Positions 1 to 10,223 are shown, counted from the stretch's first letter. The stretch: 64,000 nucleotides of DNA from Patescibacteria group bacterium (GCA_018970425.1 JAGWWK010000004.1:1811-65810), one strand, 5' to 3'. Translations and numbers: made by a program. The notes: generated by a model not told the origin, from the sequence alone.

Positions 1-97
1 ACTCAGGAATTTCCGCGACCCCACCTCGGCTGTTTTCTGAGACAGAAAACATGCCTCCGGTCGGTCTCGTAGAGTGTAGAAACAAAACTATTTGTTT

Positions 98-673
98 CTA
101 CGCCTTCTCGACCCTCTCTACGTACTCACCAGTTTCGGTATTTACGCGAATAGTGTCTCCGGGGTTTATGAAAAGCGGCACGCTCACTACAGCCCCTGTC
201 TCAAGGGTAGCCTGTTTTGAGCCCCCGGAAACTGTATTTCCCTTGATGGCTGGCGGCGCATCTTTTATGACAAAGTCCATCTTAATAGGGAGGTGAACAC
301 CCAACAGTTCTCCTTCCCACGTGCGCATTTCCACGAGCATATTGGCTTTCATATAGGGAAGTTGGTCTTCAATCACTTCTGTGAGGAGTTTAAACCGATC
401 CTTCGGGTCAGTCGGGTCGCAAAACCAGGCCTCACCGCGGTTAGCGTAGAGAAACTTAACCTCTCGGCTTTCAACATCTGCTTCCTCGACTTTCTCAGCC
501 GCATGAAAAGCGATTTCAGAGACCTTACCATTCTTTAAATTTCTGAGCTTAGTCTGGTTGGATGGCTTGCCCATATCCTTACGCATCACGTGCGACTTCA
601 GGACGAGATAAATGTTTCCATCGAAGGTGATTACCTTTCCGGGAGTAATTTCACTGTAGGTGAGCGTTGCCAT
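98..673 (-). CDS. efp: Translation elongation factor P
   Basis: EF-P motifs KLRNLKNG, PAIKGNTVSGGSKQATLETG and VPLFINPGDTIRVNTETGEYVER; ATG at 673 chosen as start. Confidence 0.95.
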   Translation of the reverse strand: MATLTYSEITPGKVITFDGNIYLVLKSHVMRKDMGKPSNQTKLRNLKNGKVSEIAFHAAEKVEEADVESREVKFLYANRGEAWFCDPTDPKDRFKLLTEVIEDQLPYMKANMLVEMRTWEGELLGVHLPIKMDFVIKDAPPAIKGNTVSGGSKQATLETGAVVSVPLFINPGDTIRVNTETGEYVERVEKA

Positions 674-726
674 GTAACTCAAAATCAGTTTGGTAAGTAA
701 GAGTAGTGTGACCCGTATACCATACC

Positions 727-1350
727 GTGACTATGAACCGAGCGCAAACGCTTGACGAGGGCAGAGGAAACACGCTACCGTTTAGTGTAGACGTGGACTA
801 CTCAACGCTCACTGACGAAGAGCTCTTGCGCCATTCGCTCAAGAACCCGGGTGCATTCGATGCTCTTATGCGAAGGCATCAGCGGGAGTTTCTGCTCCGA
901 GCACAATCAGTCGTTAAAACACGAGATGAGGCAGAGGATATAGTGCAGGAAACGTTCATCAGAATGTATCGATTTGCACCCAAGTTCTCATCAGCAAACG
1001 GCACATTTCGGGCATGGTCGATTACGATTCTTATGAATGTCGCGCGTACTAAATATCAGAAGAACGCGCGAGAGCGTGGCATCTTCGCGAAGCTCGAAGA
1101 CGAACACTTTGTCTCCCTGGCGGAAGTGGGGCGGAGTAGTCACGATGCATACCTAGATGAGGATGAGGTCAAACGCGTACTTGACCGAGTAGACGACAGC
1201 ACGGCGGAAATACTGCGCCTAGCGTACCTCGAAGGTCTGCCATATGACGAAATAGCACTACGGCTCGGCACTACGGCAGGAGCAGTAAAGGCACGAGTGC
1301 ATCGGGCGAAGATTGCCGTGCGCAACCTTCTCGGAGAAGCGTCAGTATAG
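727..1350 (+). CDS. ECF-type sigma-70 factor
   Basis: Region 2 AEDIVQETFIRMY...FRAWSITILMNVAR and region 4 GLPYDEIALRLGTTAGAVKARVHRAK; true start may be further downstream. Confidence 0.9.
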   Translation: MTMNRAQTLDEGRGNTLPFSVDVDYSTLTDEELLRHSLKNPGAFDALMRRHQREFLLRAQSVVKTRDEAEDIVQETFIRMYRFAPKFSSANGTFRAWSITILMNVARTKYQKNARERGIFAKLEDEHFVSLAEVGRSSHDAYLDEDEVKRVLDRVDDSTAEILRLAYLEGLPYDEIALRLGTTAGAVKARVHRAKIAVRNLLGEASV

Positions 1351-1399
1351 TAGGATAGCGGTAACCACCTAGTATTTATTTTGTAACCACGAACGCACC

Positions 1400-1750
1400 A
1401 TGAAAACAGATGCACAGATCAGAGCCCATGTGATGCGTCGCGTGTACGCTATCTATGTGATGCGCCAGCTCAAAAAGCCCGCGCCGCGCATCGCGGTTAT
1501 TGCGGCACTGCTCGGAGGTATTGCAAGCTCGGTATCTGTTGGTAGTGTCGCGATCAATGCGCTCGCCGCAGTGGGTGGGGGCAATATCGTTGGCTTCATG
1601 TTTGCGGCATTTCTTGGCACTACACTCGCTGTGCAGGTAATGACTATCGGCCTCCTTTCATCGATGGGGTGGTTTTTTCTTGATGGATTTAAAACAGTCG
1701 GAGCATATCTTCGACCAAGTCACGCACACGCTACCGTCAGTGCTCGCTAA
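1400..1750 (+). CDS. Small membrane protein, possible anti-sigma partner
   Basis: 116 aa with 2-3 hydrophobic segments directly after the ECF sigma gene; function inferred from position only. Confidence 0.6.
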   Translation: MKTDAQIRAHVMRRVYAIYVMRQLKKPAPRIAVIAALLGGIASSVSVGSVAINALAAVGGGNIVGFMFAAFLGTTLAVQVMTIGLLSSMGWFFLDGFKTVGAYLRPSHAHATVSAR

Positions 1751-1759
1751 GGATAGGTG

Positions 1760-2782
1760 CTAGACCGTTGTAATTTTTTCCTTAATCTCCGTGAGAAGTG
1801 TTTCGCTTACGTCAGCATGTTCACGTAGGTACTGTCGGGTCGCGTCATATCCAACAGCGAGTTTCTGATCGCCCATTTTGTAGGTAGAGCCGGTCTTTAC
1901 GACGAGCCCATACTTCTCGCCGAGCGCGATGAGTTCTCCTTCTCGCGAAATTCCCTCGTTATACATCAGGTCAAACTCAGTCTGCTTGAATGGGGGACCG
2001 ACCTTATTCTTGACTACCTTCACACGAACGCGACCACCGACCACTTCTTCACCTTTCTTTATTTGCGCGATGCGGCGGATGTCGAGGCGCACCGATGTGT
2101 AGAATTTGAGCGCTTTTCCGCCTGGTGTCGTTTCAGGGTTCCCAAACATTACTCCGACCTGCATGCGAATCTGATTAATAAAGATGACTACAGTCTTCGA
2201 CTTTGCCACGATCGCGGTGAGTTTTCTAAGCGCTTGTGACATGAGGCGTGCCTGGCGTCCAACGTGCGTCTGCTCCATGTCACCCTCAATTTCCGCTTTT
2301 GGCGTTAGGGCCGCAACCGAATCTATGACAATGACATCAATTTTTCCCGAGCGAACGAGTGATTCTACTATGTCGAGCGCCTGCTCTCCGGTGTCAGGTT
2401 GAGATACCAAAAGATCCTCAACTTTTACACCGAGTCGCTTGGTGTAGTCCGGGTCTAGTGCGTGTTCAGCGTCAACGAAGGCGCAAATCCCGCCTCTTTT
2501 TTGTGCTTCTGCAATGATGTGAAGCGAGAGCGTGGTCTTACCAGAGGACTCAGGGCCAAATATTTCAATAATACGCCCTCGCGGCACACCACCGATCCCG
2601 AGCGCGGCGTCGAGCCCTATTGATCCTGTTGGTATAGCGTCAATACTCACGCGCGGAGCTGCTCCGAGCATCATGATAGCTTCTTCGCCAAACTTTGTTT
2701 TTATAGAGGCAAGCGCATCAGCTATCGACGCGTGACGATCTGACTTGGTCTCGGTCTGCGGAGCTTTCTTTTTGAGCGCCAT
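1760..2782 (-). CDS. recA: Recombinase A
   Basis: [10 protein letters not shown] Walker [29 protein letters not shown]; start moved to ATG 2782. Confidence 0.98.
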   Translation of the reverse strand: MALKKKAPQTETKSDRHASIADALASIKTKFGEEAIMMLGAAPRVSIDAIPTGSIGLDAALGIGGVPRGRIIEIFGPESSGKTTLSLHIIAEAQKRGGICAFVDAEHALDPDYTKRLGVKVEDLLVSQPDTGEQALDIVESLVRSGKIDVIVIDSVAALTPKAEIEGDMEQTHVGRQARLMSQALRKLTAIVAKSKTVVIFINQIRMQVGVMFGNPETTPGGKALKFYTSVRLDIRRIAQIKKGEEVVGGRVRVKVVKNKVGPPFKQTEFDLMYNEGISREGELIALGEKYGLVVKTGSTYKMGDQKLAVGYDATRQYLREHADVSETLLTEIKEKITTV

Positions 2783-3161
2783 GTAATGCTTCGTGAGTGT
2801 GTATAAAGCGTATCGTGCGTACTTCTTCGCGCCCAAATCGGTCGCGCGCCCGTACCTCAAACACAGTATAGCCCGCGGGGTAGGAGCGCTCCAGTCTGAA
2901 GGACCCATCCTCTCCAAGCGGAACAGGGTGTCCGTTCACTGAGAGGTGGGTGACGCGGGCGGTATGTCCTACGACGGCTACAGTATCGCCAACGACGGTC
3001 ATTCCTTGACTTGGAGTATCTACTGCGAGCAGAGGACCGCGGAGGAGTGGCGCGGTGACAAAAAGAGCGTACGCGAGAGTGAGTATTCCACCAACGGCGG
3101 CCGCAGCGAGATACGCGCGGTTACTGGTGGGCACTGAGAACACTCGCTCACGACTCATCAT
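2718..3161 (-). CDS. Hypothetical membrane-anchored protein with a beta-rich (Ig-like) domain
   Basis: N-terminal TM segment followed by a beta-strand pattern; ATG overlaps the ftsK end and the 3' end overlaps the recA start. Confidence 0.65.
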   Translation of the reverse strand: MMSRERVFSVPTSNRAYLAAAAVGGILTLAYALFVTAPLLRGPLLAVDTPSQGMTVVGDTVAVVGHTARVTHLSVNGHPVPLGEDGSFRLERSYPAGYTVFEVRARDRFGREEVRTIRFIHTHEALHGAQKESSADRDQVRSSRVDS

Positions 3162-5319
3162 AGGTCTCTGCAGGGCGGCTAGAGAGGACTTCGCGCGGTC
3201 GAGCTCCATCTTGGGGACCGATAATCCCTTTTTCTTCCAAGAGGTCCATAAGGCGCGCCGCGCGAGAATATCCTATGCGTAGCTTGCGCTGAAGCAGAGA
3301 AGTAGAGGCGCGCCCGGCCTCCTCGACCGTCTGCTTAGCCTCTGCAAAGAGATCGTCATCGCCACCCTCATCTTCAAGGGTCGCGCTAAAAATAGCATTC
3401 GGCGAGGCATCATTGCTTTGCGCAGTTATCGCAATGTCATCAACAGCACGCTCATTGTTTGACCGGATAAATGACACAACCTCCTTAACCTCGTTTTCTG
3501 AGACAAACGCAGTCTGTATACGATGCGGTTTCGGCATATCGGCCGACTGGAAGAGCATATCGCCCGCACCCAGCAAGTTTTCCGCTCCCGGCGCATCGAG
3601 GATAGTGCGAGAGTCTATTTGTGACGCGACTTGGAGGGCAATACGGGCAGGTACGTTTGCCTTAATGAGGCCGGTGATAACGTTTACCGAAGGACGTTGC
3701 GTAGAGAGAACGAGGTGGATACCCACCGCGCGAGACATTTGAGCCAGTCGTACGACCGCAGCCTCTAGTTCACGAGGGTATGACTGCATAATGTCTGCAA
3801 GCTCGTCAATAAATATGACAATGTACGGCATCTGATCCGGTGCCTCTGAGTCACCATCGCCAGGCTTCCATGTGGCAACAACATTCTCGTGGTACGAGCC
3901 AATATCTCGTACGGAGTGCGTTTCTAAAAGGTTATACCGGCGTTCCATCTCTTTACCCGCCCACTTGAGGGCAAGAATGGCTTTCTTGGGGTCTGTAATG
4001 ACGGGGGTAAGGAGGTGCGGAATGCCGTTGTAGAGGGTTAACTCCACGCGCTTTGGATCGATCATGATAAACCGCAGCGTCCCTGGCCCGTTCCTGAAGA
4101 GGAGGGAGCTGATCATGGTGTGGATGGTGACTGACTTACCTGAGCCGGTTGCACCCGCGACGAGGAGGTGCGGCATTTTTGCGAGATTGAGGTAGTGCGG
4201 ACTGCCTGCGATGTCGCGACCGAGCGCGCAGAAGAGTGGTCGTTTTTCAGTGCGAAACTTGTCATCTGAGAGGAGGGACGCGAGCGCGACCGTGGCTTTC
4301 TTTTGATTAGGTACCTCAATACCCACCAACGACTTGCCTGGAATGGGGGCTTCAATACGTATTGGCGAGGCGGCGAGCGCAAGTTCAAGATTGTTCTGGA
4401 GAGAGACAATTTTTTGAAGGCGTACTCCTTCGGCTGGCTTTAGGGCAAAACGCGTGACTGTAGGGCCAATAGCTACCTCATCCATGTCTACAGTGATTCC
4501 AAAGTTTTGCAGCGTACGCTTTATGATATTGGCGTTTGCCTTAATGTCGCCAGTTTCTGGCTTGCCCTTCTCTCGTTCAAGAAGAGACATCGGAGGCGGG
4601 GTGTAGGCAACATCGCTTAGCTGAAATCCGACTGCAGCTGGTACATCATCCTGCGCTATTGGCTCGGGCTTCTTCTCAGTGCGGCGGAAGGGGGTAAAAA
4701 CCTTCGGTACCTCATCCCGAGGCTCCGGCTCATCCGCTACTCCATCTGAAGGTGCATCAGATTCATCGGCGTCTACATCTGACGCGTCAGTCGTATCGTC
4801 TTCTGTGGTCGAGCGAGGGAAGCGGAGTGGCGTGTCGAGCGCGAGTAGTGTGCCGACAAGTGCGATAGCCGCGAGCACGATACTTCCAAAAATCACGTCA
4901 AAGAGCGCTACGAACGGGTAGGCGATTGCACCCCCGACAAGCCCGCCATACTCACCAGCGACGGAAAGAATAGCGATACCTGAGGCAAACAGAAGTGCAG
5001 CACCGAACGCGCGAGTACCCCCGACACCGGATGGTTCACGGTCACGGAACAACCCAATCGCCATAAACGCGAACGAAAGCGGTATCAAAAAATACCCAAA
5101 GCCGAAAAGAGTCTCCTTCAGCACCTCATAAATCAGATCGCCAAGCTGTCCTGCGTACCCTACAGACGCAAGGAGGAAGAGAAGCGCAACAATAAGCGCA
5201 AGGAGAGCGTAGATACTCCGCAGTGTTTCTGCACGCACTGCAAGGGAAACGGATGGGATTGAAAAACGAGGAGGTAACGGTTCTTTTGCGCGCTGTCTTT
5301 TCTGAACTTTTTTCGCCAT
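3148..5319 (-). CDS. ftsK: DNA translocase FtsK/SpoIIIE
   Basis: N-terminal TMs, PHLLVAGATGSGKS, IDPKRVEL, IDELADIM, gamma domain STSLLQRKLRIGYSRAARLMD. Confidence 0.97.
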   Translation of the reverse strand: MAKKVQKRQRAKEPLPPRFSIPSVSLAVRAETLRSIYALLALIVALLFLLASVGYAGQLGDLIYEVLKETLFGFGYFLIPLSFAFMAIGLFRDREPSGVGGTRAFGAALLFASGIAILSVAGEYGGLVGGAIAYPFVALFDVIFGSIVLAAIALVGTLLALDTPLRFPRSTTEDDTTDASDVDADESDAPSDGVADEPEPRDEVPKVFTPFRRTEKKPEPIAQDDVPAAVGFQLSDVAYTPPPMSLLEREKGKPETGDIKANANIIKRTLQNFGITVDMDEVAIGPTVTRFALKPAEGVRLQKIVSLQNNLELALAASPIRIEAPIPGKSLVGIEVPNQKKATVALASLLSDDKFRTEKRPLFCALGRDIAGSPHYLNLAKMPHLLVAGATGSGKSVTIHTMISSLLFRNGPGTLRFIMIDPKRVELTLYNGIPHLLTPVITDPKKAILALKWAGKEMERRYNLLETHSVRDIGSYHENVVATWKPGDGDSEAPDQMPYIVIFIDELADIMQSYPRELEAAVVRLAQMSRAVGIHLVLSTQRPSVNVITGLIKANVPARIALQVASQIDSRTILDAPGAENLLGAGDMLFQSADMPKPHRIQTAFVSENEVKEVVSFIRSNNERAVDDIAITAQSNDASPNAIFSATLEDEGGDDDLFAEAKQTVEEAGRASTSLLQRKLRIGYSRAARLMDLLEEKGIIGPQDGARPREVLSSRPAETYDES

Positions 5320-5399
5320 ATGTACTACATAAGTGTACCACTCTGAGACCTGAAAAGCGGGTCCGTCAAGTTGACCGATAGGCCAGAACGACTGTACGC

Positions 5400-6065
5400 T
5401 GTCCTAGAGATAAAAAGGCCTTAAAAAGACTATGACTGATGAAATAAAAGACCCTTCAAAGCATATTCAAAGGTCACGCACCGACAAAGACATGTCTATA
5501 CTATATCCCACTGCATTTGCTAATGAGCACCACGCGTATGTGTCGCGTAAGGCAGAGAGACTATCAACCGCAATACATGTAGTCACTGGATTTATTGGTA
5601 AAGATGAGCCTATCCGCAAGTTTCTCAGAGAAATTTCAATCACCCTTATGAGTGCGGCCACAGATCGCACACGTCTTGCCGAGCTTGGCCCCGAATCTTT
5701 TTCCTCACGCTGCGCAGAGGTCGGGCACCTTTTGAATACCGCGGAGGCCTCCGGCCTTGTCTCTGCCATGAATGCTCGGCTTATTGCGGACGAGTATGCA
5801 AAGCTCGCCACATTTGTATCAGACAGATATGAGTTCATTAGACTACAGACGGCAGACATAAAAGACACTTTCACCATAAGACATTCGCAGGATTCCAAAA
5901 AGACACCAGTAGCTAATTCTGTGGCAATCGAAGATGGTTTATATATAAAGGACACAAGCACAGTGTCCGGTAGAAAGGCGGACTTGCTCAGTCTTTTTAA
6001 TACGCGCGATAAGATTTCTATAAAGGACGCGGTGCAGTCTGTCCGCGGTGTGTCTGAGAAGACAA
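5400..6065. repeat. Dispersed AAARGACA-like repeats
   Basis: Copies near 5424, 5446, 5486, 5860, 5878, 5898, 5947 and 6022; inverted TGTCY/AGTCTTTTT copies near 5400, 5493, 5964, 5990, 6040 and 6051. Confidence 0.6.
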
Positions 6066-6151
6066 TTCAGCGCGACCTGCTTGCGCTTGTGGCGGATGGG
6101 GTCCTAGTCAAGGAGGGGGAGCGGCGCTGGTCGGTGTATAGGAAGGCCTAG
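5432..6151 (+). CDS. Helical-bundle N-terminus plus C-terminal DeoR-like winged-HTH protein
   Basis: C-terminal ISIKDAVQSVRGVSEKTIQRDLLALVADGVLVKEGERRWSVY is wHTH-like; N-terminus resembles four-helix-bundle proteins. Confidence 0.75.
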   Translation: MTDEIKDPSKHIQRSRTDKDMSILYPTAFANEHHAYVSRKAERLSTAIHVVTGFIGKDEPIRKFLREISITLMSAATDRTRLAELGPESFSSRCAEVGHLLNTAEASGLVSAMNARLIADEYAKLATFVSDRYEFIRLQTADIKDTFTIRHSQDSKKTPVANSVAIEDGLYIKDTSTVSGRKADLLSLFNTRDKISIKDAVQSVRGVSEKTIQRDLLALVADGVLVKEGERRWSVYRKA

Positions 6152-6286
6152 GCGTAGCGCAGATTATGCGTAAGCTCATTGTGCGCGCTCTCTATATATA
6201 GAGTGCGGCCACTGAGTCCGGTGTCCGCGGTGCTGTCCCTGCAGGCTGTATCGGATTCCTTTGGTGTTGCGCGTGTTCTCCGTTGG

Positions 6287-6315
6287 TTGCATCAGAGGCC
6301 GCTTTACGGTACTAT
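6287..6315 (+). promoter_or_regulatory. Sigma-70-type promoter
   Basis: TTGCAT-N17-TACTAT. Confidence 0.55.
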
Positions 6316-6704
6316 AGCGGGGTGGTATTTGGACTCCCACTCAATCAGTCCTCCGCTTTCTAGGGAGGATTTTGGGCGTCTAAGTAATCCACATAACCCA
6401 CAGGTACCGTCTGCCTCGCACTAAGTACGGTGGCGGTATACTGGCTAGAACCGGTTCCCCTCGGGATCGGGGGAGTGCGTAGCACTCCTTAGCTCATTGA
6501 CATGTACATATACCGGCCAAGAATTTGTTAGGTTACTTTTTTCTGTGCGGAAGCTCTGTCCAGTGGCGGCTCTCTCCCGAACTCCTCATTCTTTCTTAGC
6601 CATTCAACCTTCCGAACGCTCTGTTGTGCGCGGTCGGTAGGGAATGGAATTAGTTGTGCTTTATCAGTTAGTAGTTAATAACTTTACAAGTTCGCTAGTT
6701 ACTT

Positions 6705-9700
6705 ATGACTCTTAAGAACACTTTTGCGAAAGTTGCATCCGTTGCGGTTGCAGCTTCGCTGGTTGTCGGAGTTGCGACTTTCGGTGCTACAGCAAATGCT
6801 GCAGCGCTTACATCGGCGCAGGTCCAGTCAATCATCTCGCTCCTTCAGTCTTTCGGGGCTGATGCGACGACTATCGCGAACGTCCAGGCATCTCTCACGG
6901 GTTCTGCTCCGTCAGTCCCGTCGACGCCTTCGACTCCGGCATCATGCTCATTCACGCGCGATCTTACGATCGGTGCGACAGGTGCTGATGTTACAGCGCT
7001 CCAGCAGCGCTTGATCGCGAACGGCTACTCGATCGCAGCAGGTGCTACGGGCCGCTTCGGCTCGCAGACCCAGGCAGCGGTCAAGGCATGGCAGACAGCG
7101 TCAGGCATCACGCCTGCAGCTGGCTACTTCGGCGCTCGATCTCGCTCGGCGCTCTGCGCAGGCGGTACGGTAACGACTCCGACCACTCCGGTTGCGGGCA
7201 CGGGCCTTACAGTCTCAGCAGGTGCATCGATCGCGAATGCTCTTGCACCACAGGGTGCATCACGCGTTCCGTTCACGAACTTTAGCGTCACTGCAGGTAC
7301 TGACGGCGACGTGACCGTTAACTCGGTTACTGTCCAGCGCGTTGGTTCCGCTCAGAACGCATCGTTCGCGGGCGTGATCCTTGTCGACCTCGACACAGGC
7401 ATGCAGGTTGGTACTTCAAAGACCTTCAATTCGAACAACCAGACAAATGTCGGTGCTCCAATGGTGGTCAAGGCAGGTACGACCAAGCGCTTCCAGATCG
7501 CAGGCAACATGAACTCGTCGCTCTCAAGCTACGCGGGTGAAGTCCCGGGTATCTCAGTGATCGGCGTGAACACTTCTGCTGCGGTCTCTGGCTCGCTCCC
7601 AATTACGGGTGCATTCCACACGATCAACGCGACACTCACTGTCGGCTCGCTCACACTCGCTTCATCGAACGCATTTGCCTCAAACGCAAACGCATCGAAG
7701 GAGATCGGTACTACCGGTCAGCGCGTAACGGGCTTCCGCCTCACGGCAGGTTCTGCTGAAGATGTGCGCCTCAAAACGCTCACCTTCAACCAGACTGGCT
7801 CTGTTTCAGCTAACGACCTCGCAAATGTGATGGTTATGGTTGGTACGCAGTCATACCCGATGACGGTCTCTGCAGACGGTAAGTACTACACAGCATCACT
7901 CGGCTCAGGCCTCGTGATTGCAAAGGGTAATCAGGTTGACGTCTACGTAACGTACGACATCGTGGGATCAAACTCATCGGGTCGCACGGTCATCTTTGAC
8001 GTTGATAAGAACACCGATATCTTCGGTACTGGTGAGATCTATGGCTACGGAATTTCTCCGGCAGTAGGATCAAGCGCAGTTCCGACGTCACGCGGTACGT
8101 TCACGATCACTTCAGGAACTCCATTCATCTACGCTACTCAGGTCTCTGTGACCGGCGCTTCGGCGACGACCATCACGAAGGCTAACGAGGTTCCGGCGCA
8201 GAACATTGCAATCAACGTTCCGAACCAGCCGCTTGGTGGCTACATCGTAGACCTCAAGGGTGAGGACATGACGGTTGCGTCATCAGTCTTCACGATCGCA
8301 TCGACCACTGGTTCAGGTACAGGCCTCCTCACGAACCTCACGATTGTCGACGGAAACGGCGCGGTCGTTGCAGGTCCGGTTGACGCGGTCTACACCAACT
8401 CAACTACGCAGACCGTGACCTTCACCGATACGATCACCTACAAGGTTGGTCGCGGTGTCTACACGCTCCGCGGTAAGGTTGCGTCAACGATCGGTGGCAA
8501 TGGTACGTACGTAGTTTCGACCAACCCTTCAACGGGATGGACGACGGTCAAGGGCGTCACGACGGGTAACACCATCTCGCTCTCATCGTACGGCTCGTTC
8601 TCACTGAACACGATGACGGTTAAGGCGGGTGCATTGGTTATCGGTCCGGCAGCATCGCCTGCATCGCAGACGATCACTCCGGGCGGATCATCGGTTCTCC
8701 TTTCGAACTTCCAGTTCGATGCCTCACAGTCTGGTGAAGATGTTCGCATCTCATCACTTCCTGCTCGCCTCACGTTTGCAACAGGTGCAGCTACTGAGCT
8801 CACTTCGTGCGCAATCTTTGACGGCAGCACACAGCTCTCAACTGGTTCGAACGTTGTGAATCCGTCAGGCACCTCGCCTTCGGACAACACGTTCACCCTC
8901 GACAATCCGGTAACGATTCTCAAGGGTACAGTTAAGACGCTCGGCCTCCGCTGTAACGTTTCAGGTTCGGCAACGAACAATGCAACGTTCGCATGGGCAC
9001 CGGGTGCAGCTGCATTCACCACGAACTTCACTGTTACGGGCGCTACCTCAGGTACGTCTGTGACACCGACCGCAAGCTCGGGCACTGCTCCGACCTTCAC
9101 GATCGGTACTGGTTCGGTCACGGTTACGACCGACGCATCATCACCGAGCTACCAGCTCGCCGCAGCTAACTCGACCGGCGTGACGAACGTCGCAATCAAG
9201 TTCCGCGCGACGAACGAGGATGTCAACCTCCAGAAGGTTGGCCTCCAGCTCACCAACACTGCATCATCATCAGCGTCTGACCTCGTGAAGGTCTCACTCT
9301 GGGATGGCGCAACGAAGGTCGGTGAAGCGACATTCTTGAGTGGTTCAACCGTTGCAACTTCGACCCTTACCTCAACCGTGCTTCTTACGAAGAACTCGGA
9401 CAAGGTACTTACGGTCAAGGCTGACTACGGTGCAATCGGTACTGGCGAGGCAGTTACCTTCTCAGGTCGCCTCGTTGCTATTGACTACAGGAATGCTGAG
9501 GGTACTGGCGCACAGTCAGGCACCACCATCTTCCCGTCGGGCTCATCAGCATCAGCTGGTACGCGCGTCATGAAGTCATTCCCAACCGTCTCGGTTGCGG
9601 GTACGATCAACGGTTCTACCGGTCTTGCGGACGGACGCCTCATGCAGTTCAAAGTAACTGCAGATGCAGCTGGCCCAATTGGTATCACCCAGTTTGCGTT

Positions 9701-10187
9701 GAACCTCGCGACTACAACCGCGTCGGTCACCAACGTAAACATCCTGGGCTTCACGGATTCGGGCTTCTCGACTCCGGTCTCAGGCGTTACAGCTGACGGC
9801 TCTCTCGAGGCAACAGCAAACGCTGTCCCGGGCACCGGCAACGTCATCGTGAACGTCCAGACCTCTGGCGGCACGGCGACTGCGATCCAGGTTCCGGCAG
9901 GCGGCACTCGCTTCTTCGAGGTTCGCGGTTCAGTTTCCGGCACTGCGACAGGTGCAGCGGTTACGACCAAGCTCCTTGGTTCGTCATCGTTCCCGTCAAC
10001 GTCGGCAACGGTTAACCAGAACCCACTCCTTGCGGCTTCGGCTACAGGAGTAAGTGCGTCAGATGCGGTATTCGTCTGGTCACCTAACTCGACCACGACG
10101 GCTACGCGCAGCGACCAGGACTGGACGAACGGTTACGGTGTAACTGGTCTCCCAGCAGGCGGTCTCTTCGCGACCCGCTCACACTAA
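6705..10187 (+). CDS. Large secreted Ser/Thr-rich S-layer-like protein with a peptidoglycan-binding domain
   Basis: Signal peptide; PG_binding_1-like FTRDLTIGATGADVTALQQRL...TGRFGSQTQAAVKAWQ; repeated beta-rich domains; strong codon bias; own terminator. Confidence 0.85.
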   Translation: MTLKNTFAKVASVAVAASLVVGVATFGATANAAALTSAQVQSIISLLQSFGADATTIANVQASLTGSAPSVPSTPSTPASCSFTRDLTIGATGADVTALQQRLIANGYSIAAGATGRFGSQTQAAVKAWQTASGITPAAGYFGARSRSALCAGGTVTTPTTPVAGTGLTVSAGASIANALAPQGASRVPFTNFSVTAGTDGDVTVNSVTVQRVGSAQNASFAGVILVDLDTGMQVGTSKTFNSNNQTNVGAPMVVKAGTTKRFQIAGNMNSSLSSYAGEVPGISVIGVNTSAAVSGSLPITGAFHTINATLTVGSLTLASSNAFASNANASKEIGTTGQRVTGFRLTAGSAEDVRLKTLTFNQTGSVSANDLANVMVMVGTQSYPMTVSADGKYYTASLGSGLVIAKGNQVDVYVTYDIVGSNSSGRTVIFDVDKNTDIFGTGEIYGYGISPAVGSSAVPTSRGTFTITSGTPFIYATQVSVTGASATTITKANEVPAQNIAINVPNQPLGGYIVDLKGEDMTVASSVFTIASTTGSGTGLLTNLTIVDGNGAVVAGPVDAVYTNSTTQTVTFTDTITYKVGRGVYTLRGKVASTIGGNGTYVVSTNPSTGWTTVKGVTTGNTISLSSYGSFSLNTMTVKAGALVIGPAASPASQTITPGGSSVLLSNFQFDASQSGEDVRISSLPARLTFATGAATELTSCAIFDGSTQLSTGSNVVNPSGTSPSDNTFTLDNPVTILKGTVKTLGLRCNVSGSATNNATFAWAPGAAAFTTNFTVTGATSGTSVTPTASSGTAPTFTIGTGSVTVTTDASSPSYQLAAANSTGVTNVAIKFRATNEDVNLQKVGLQLTNTASSSASDLVKVSLWDGATKVGEATFLSGSTVATSTLTSTVLLTKNSDKVLTVKADYGAIGTGEAVTFSGRLVAIDYRNAEGTGAQSGTTIFPSGSSASAGTRVMKSFPTVSVAGTINGSTGLADGRLMQFKVTADAAGPIGITQFALNLATTTASVTNVNILGFTDSGFSTPVSGVTADGSLEATANAVPGTGNVIVNVQTSGGTATAIQVPAGGTRFFEVRGSVSGTATGAAVTTKLLGSSSFPSTSATVNQNPLLAASATGVSASDAVFVWSPNSTTTATRSDQDWTNGYGVTGLPAGGLFATRSH

Positions 10188-10223
10188 TCCTCACGGGTTA
10201 GTCAGGTCAGCACAGTGGCTGAC

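Noticed and set aside
17-67. Imperfect palindrome at the window start (TGTTTTCTG-AGA-CAGAAAACA core)
   Set aside because: Single copy at the edge; could be the efp terminator or a repeat, and cannot be resolved here
8459-10096. Long antisense ORFs inside the S-layer-like gene
   Set aside because: Expected from strong codon bias on the sense strand; no recognisable motifs
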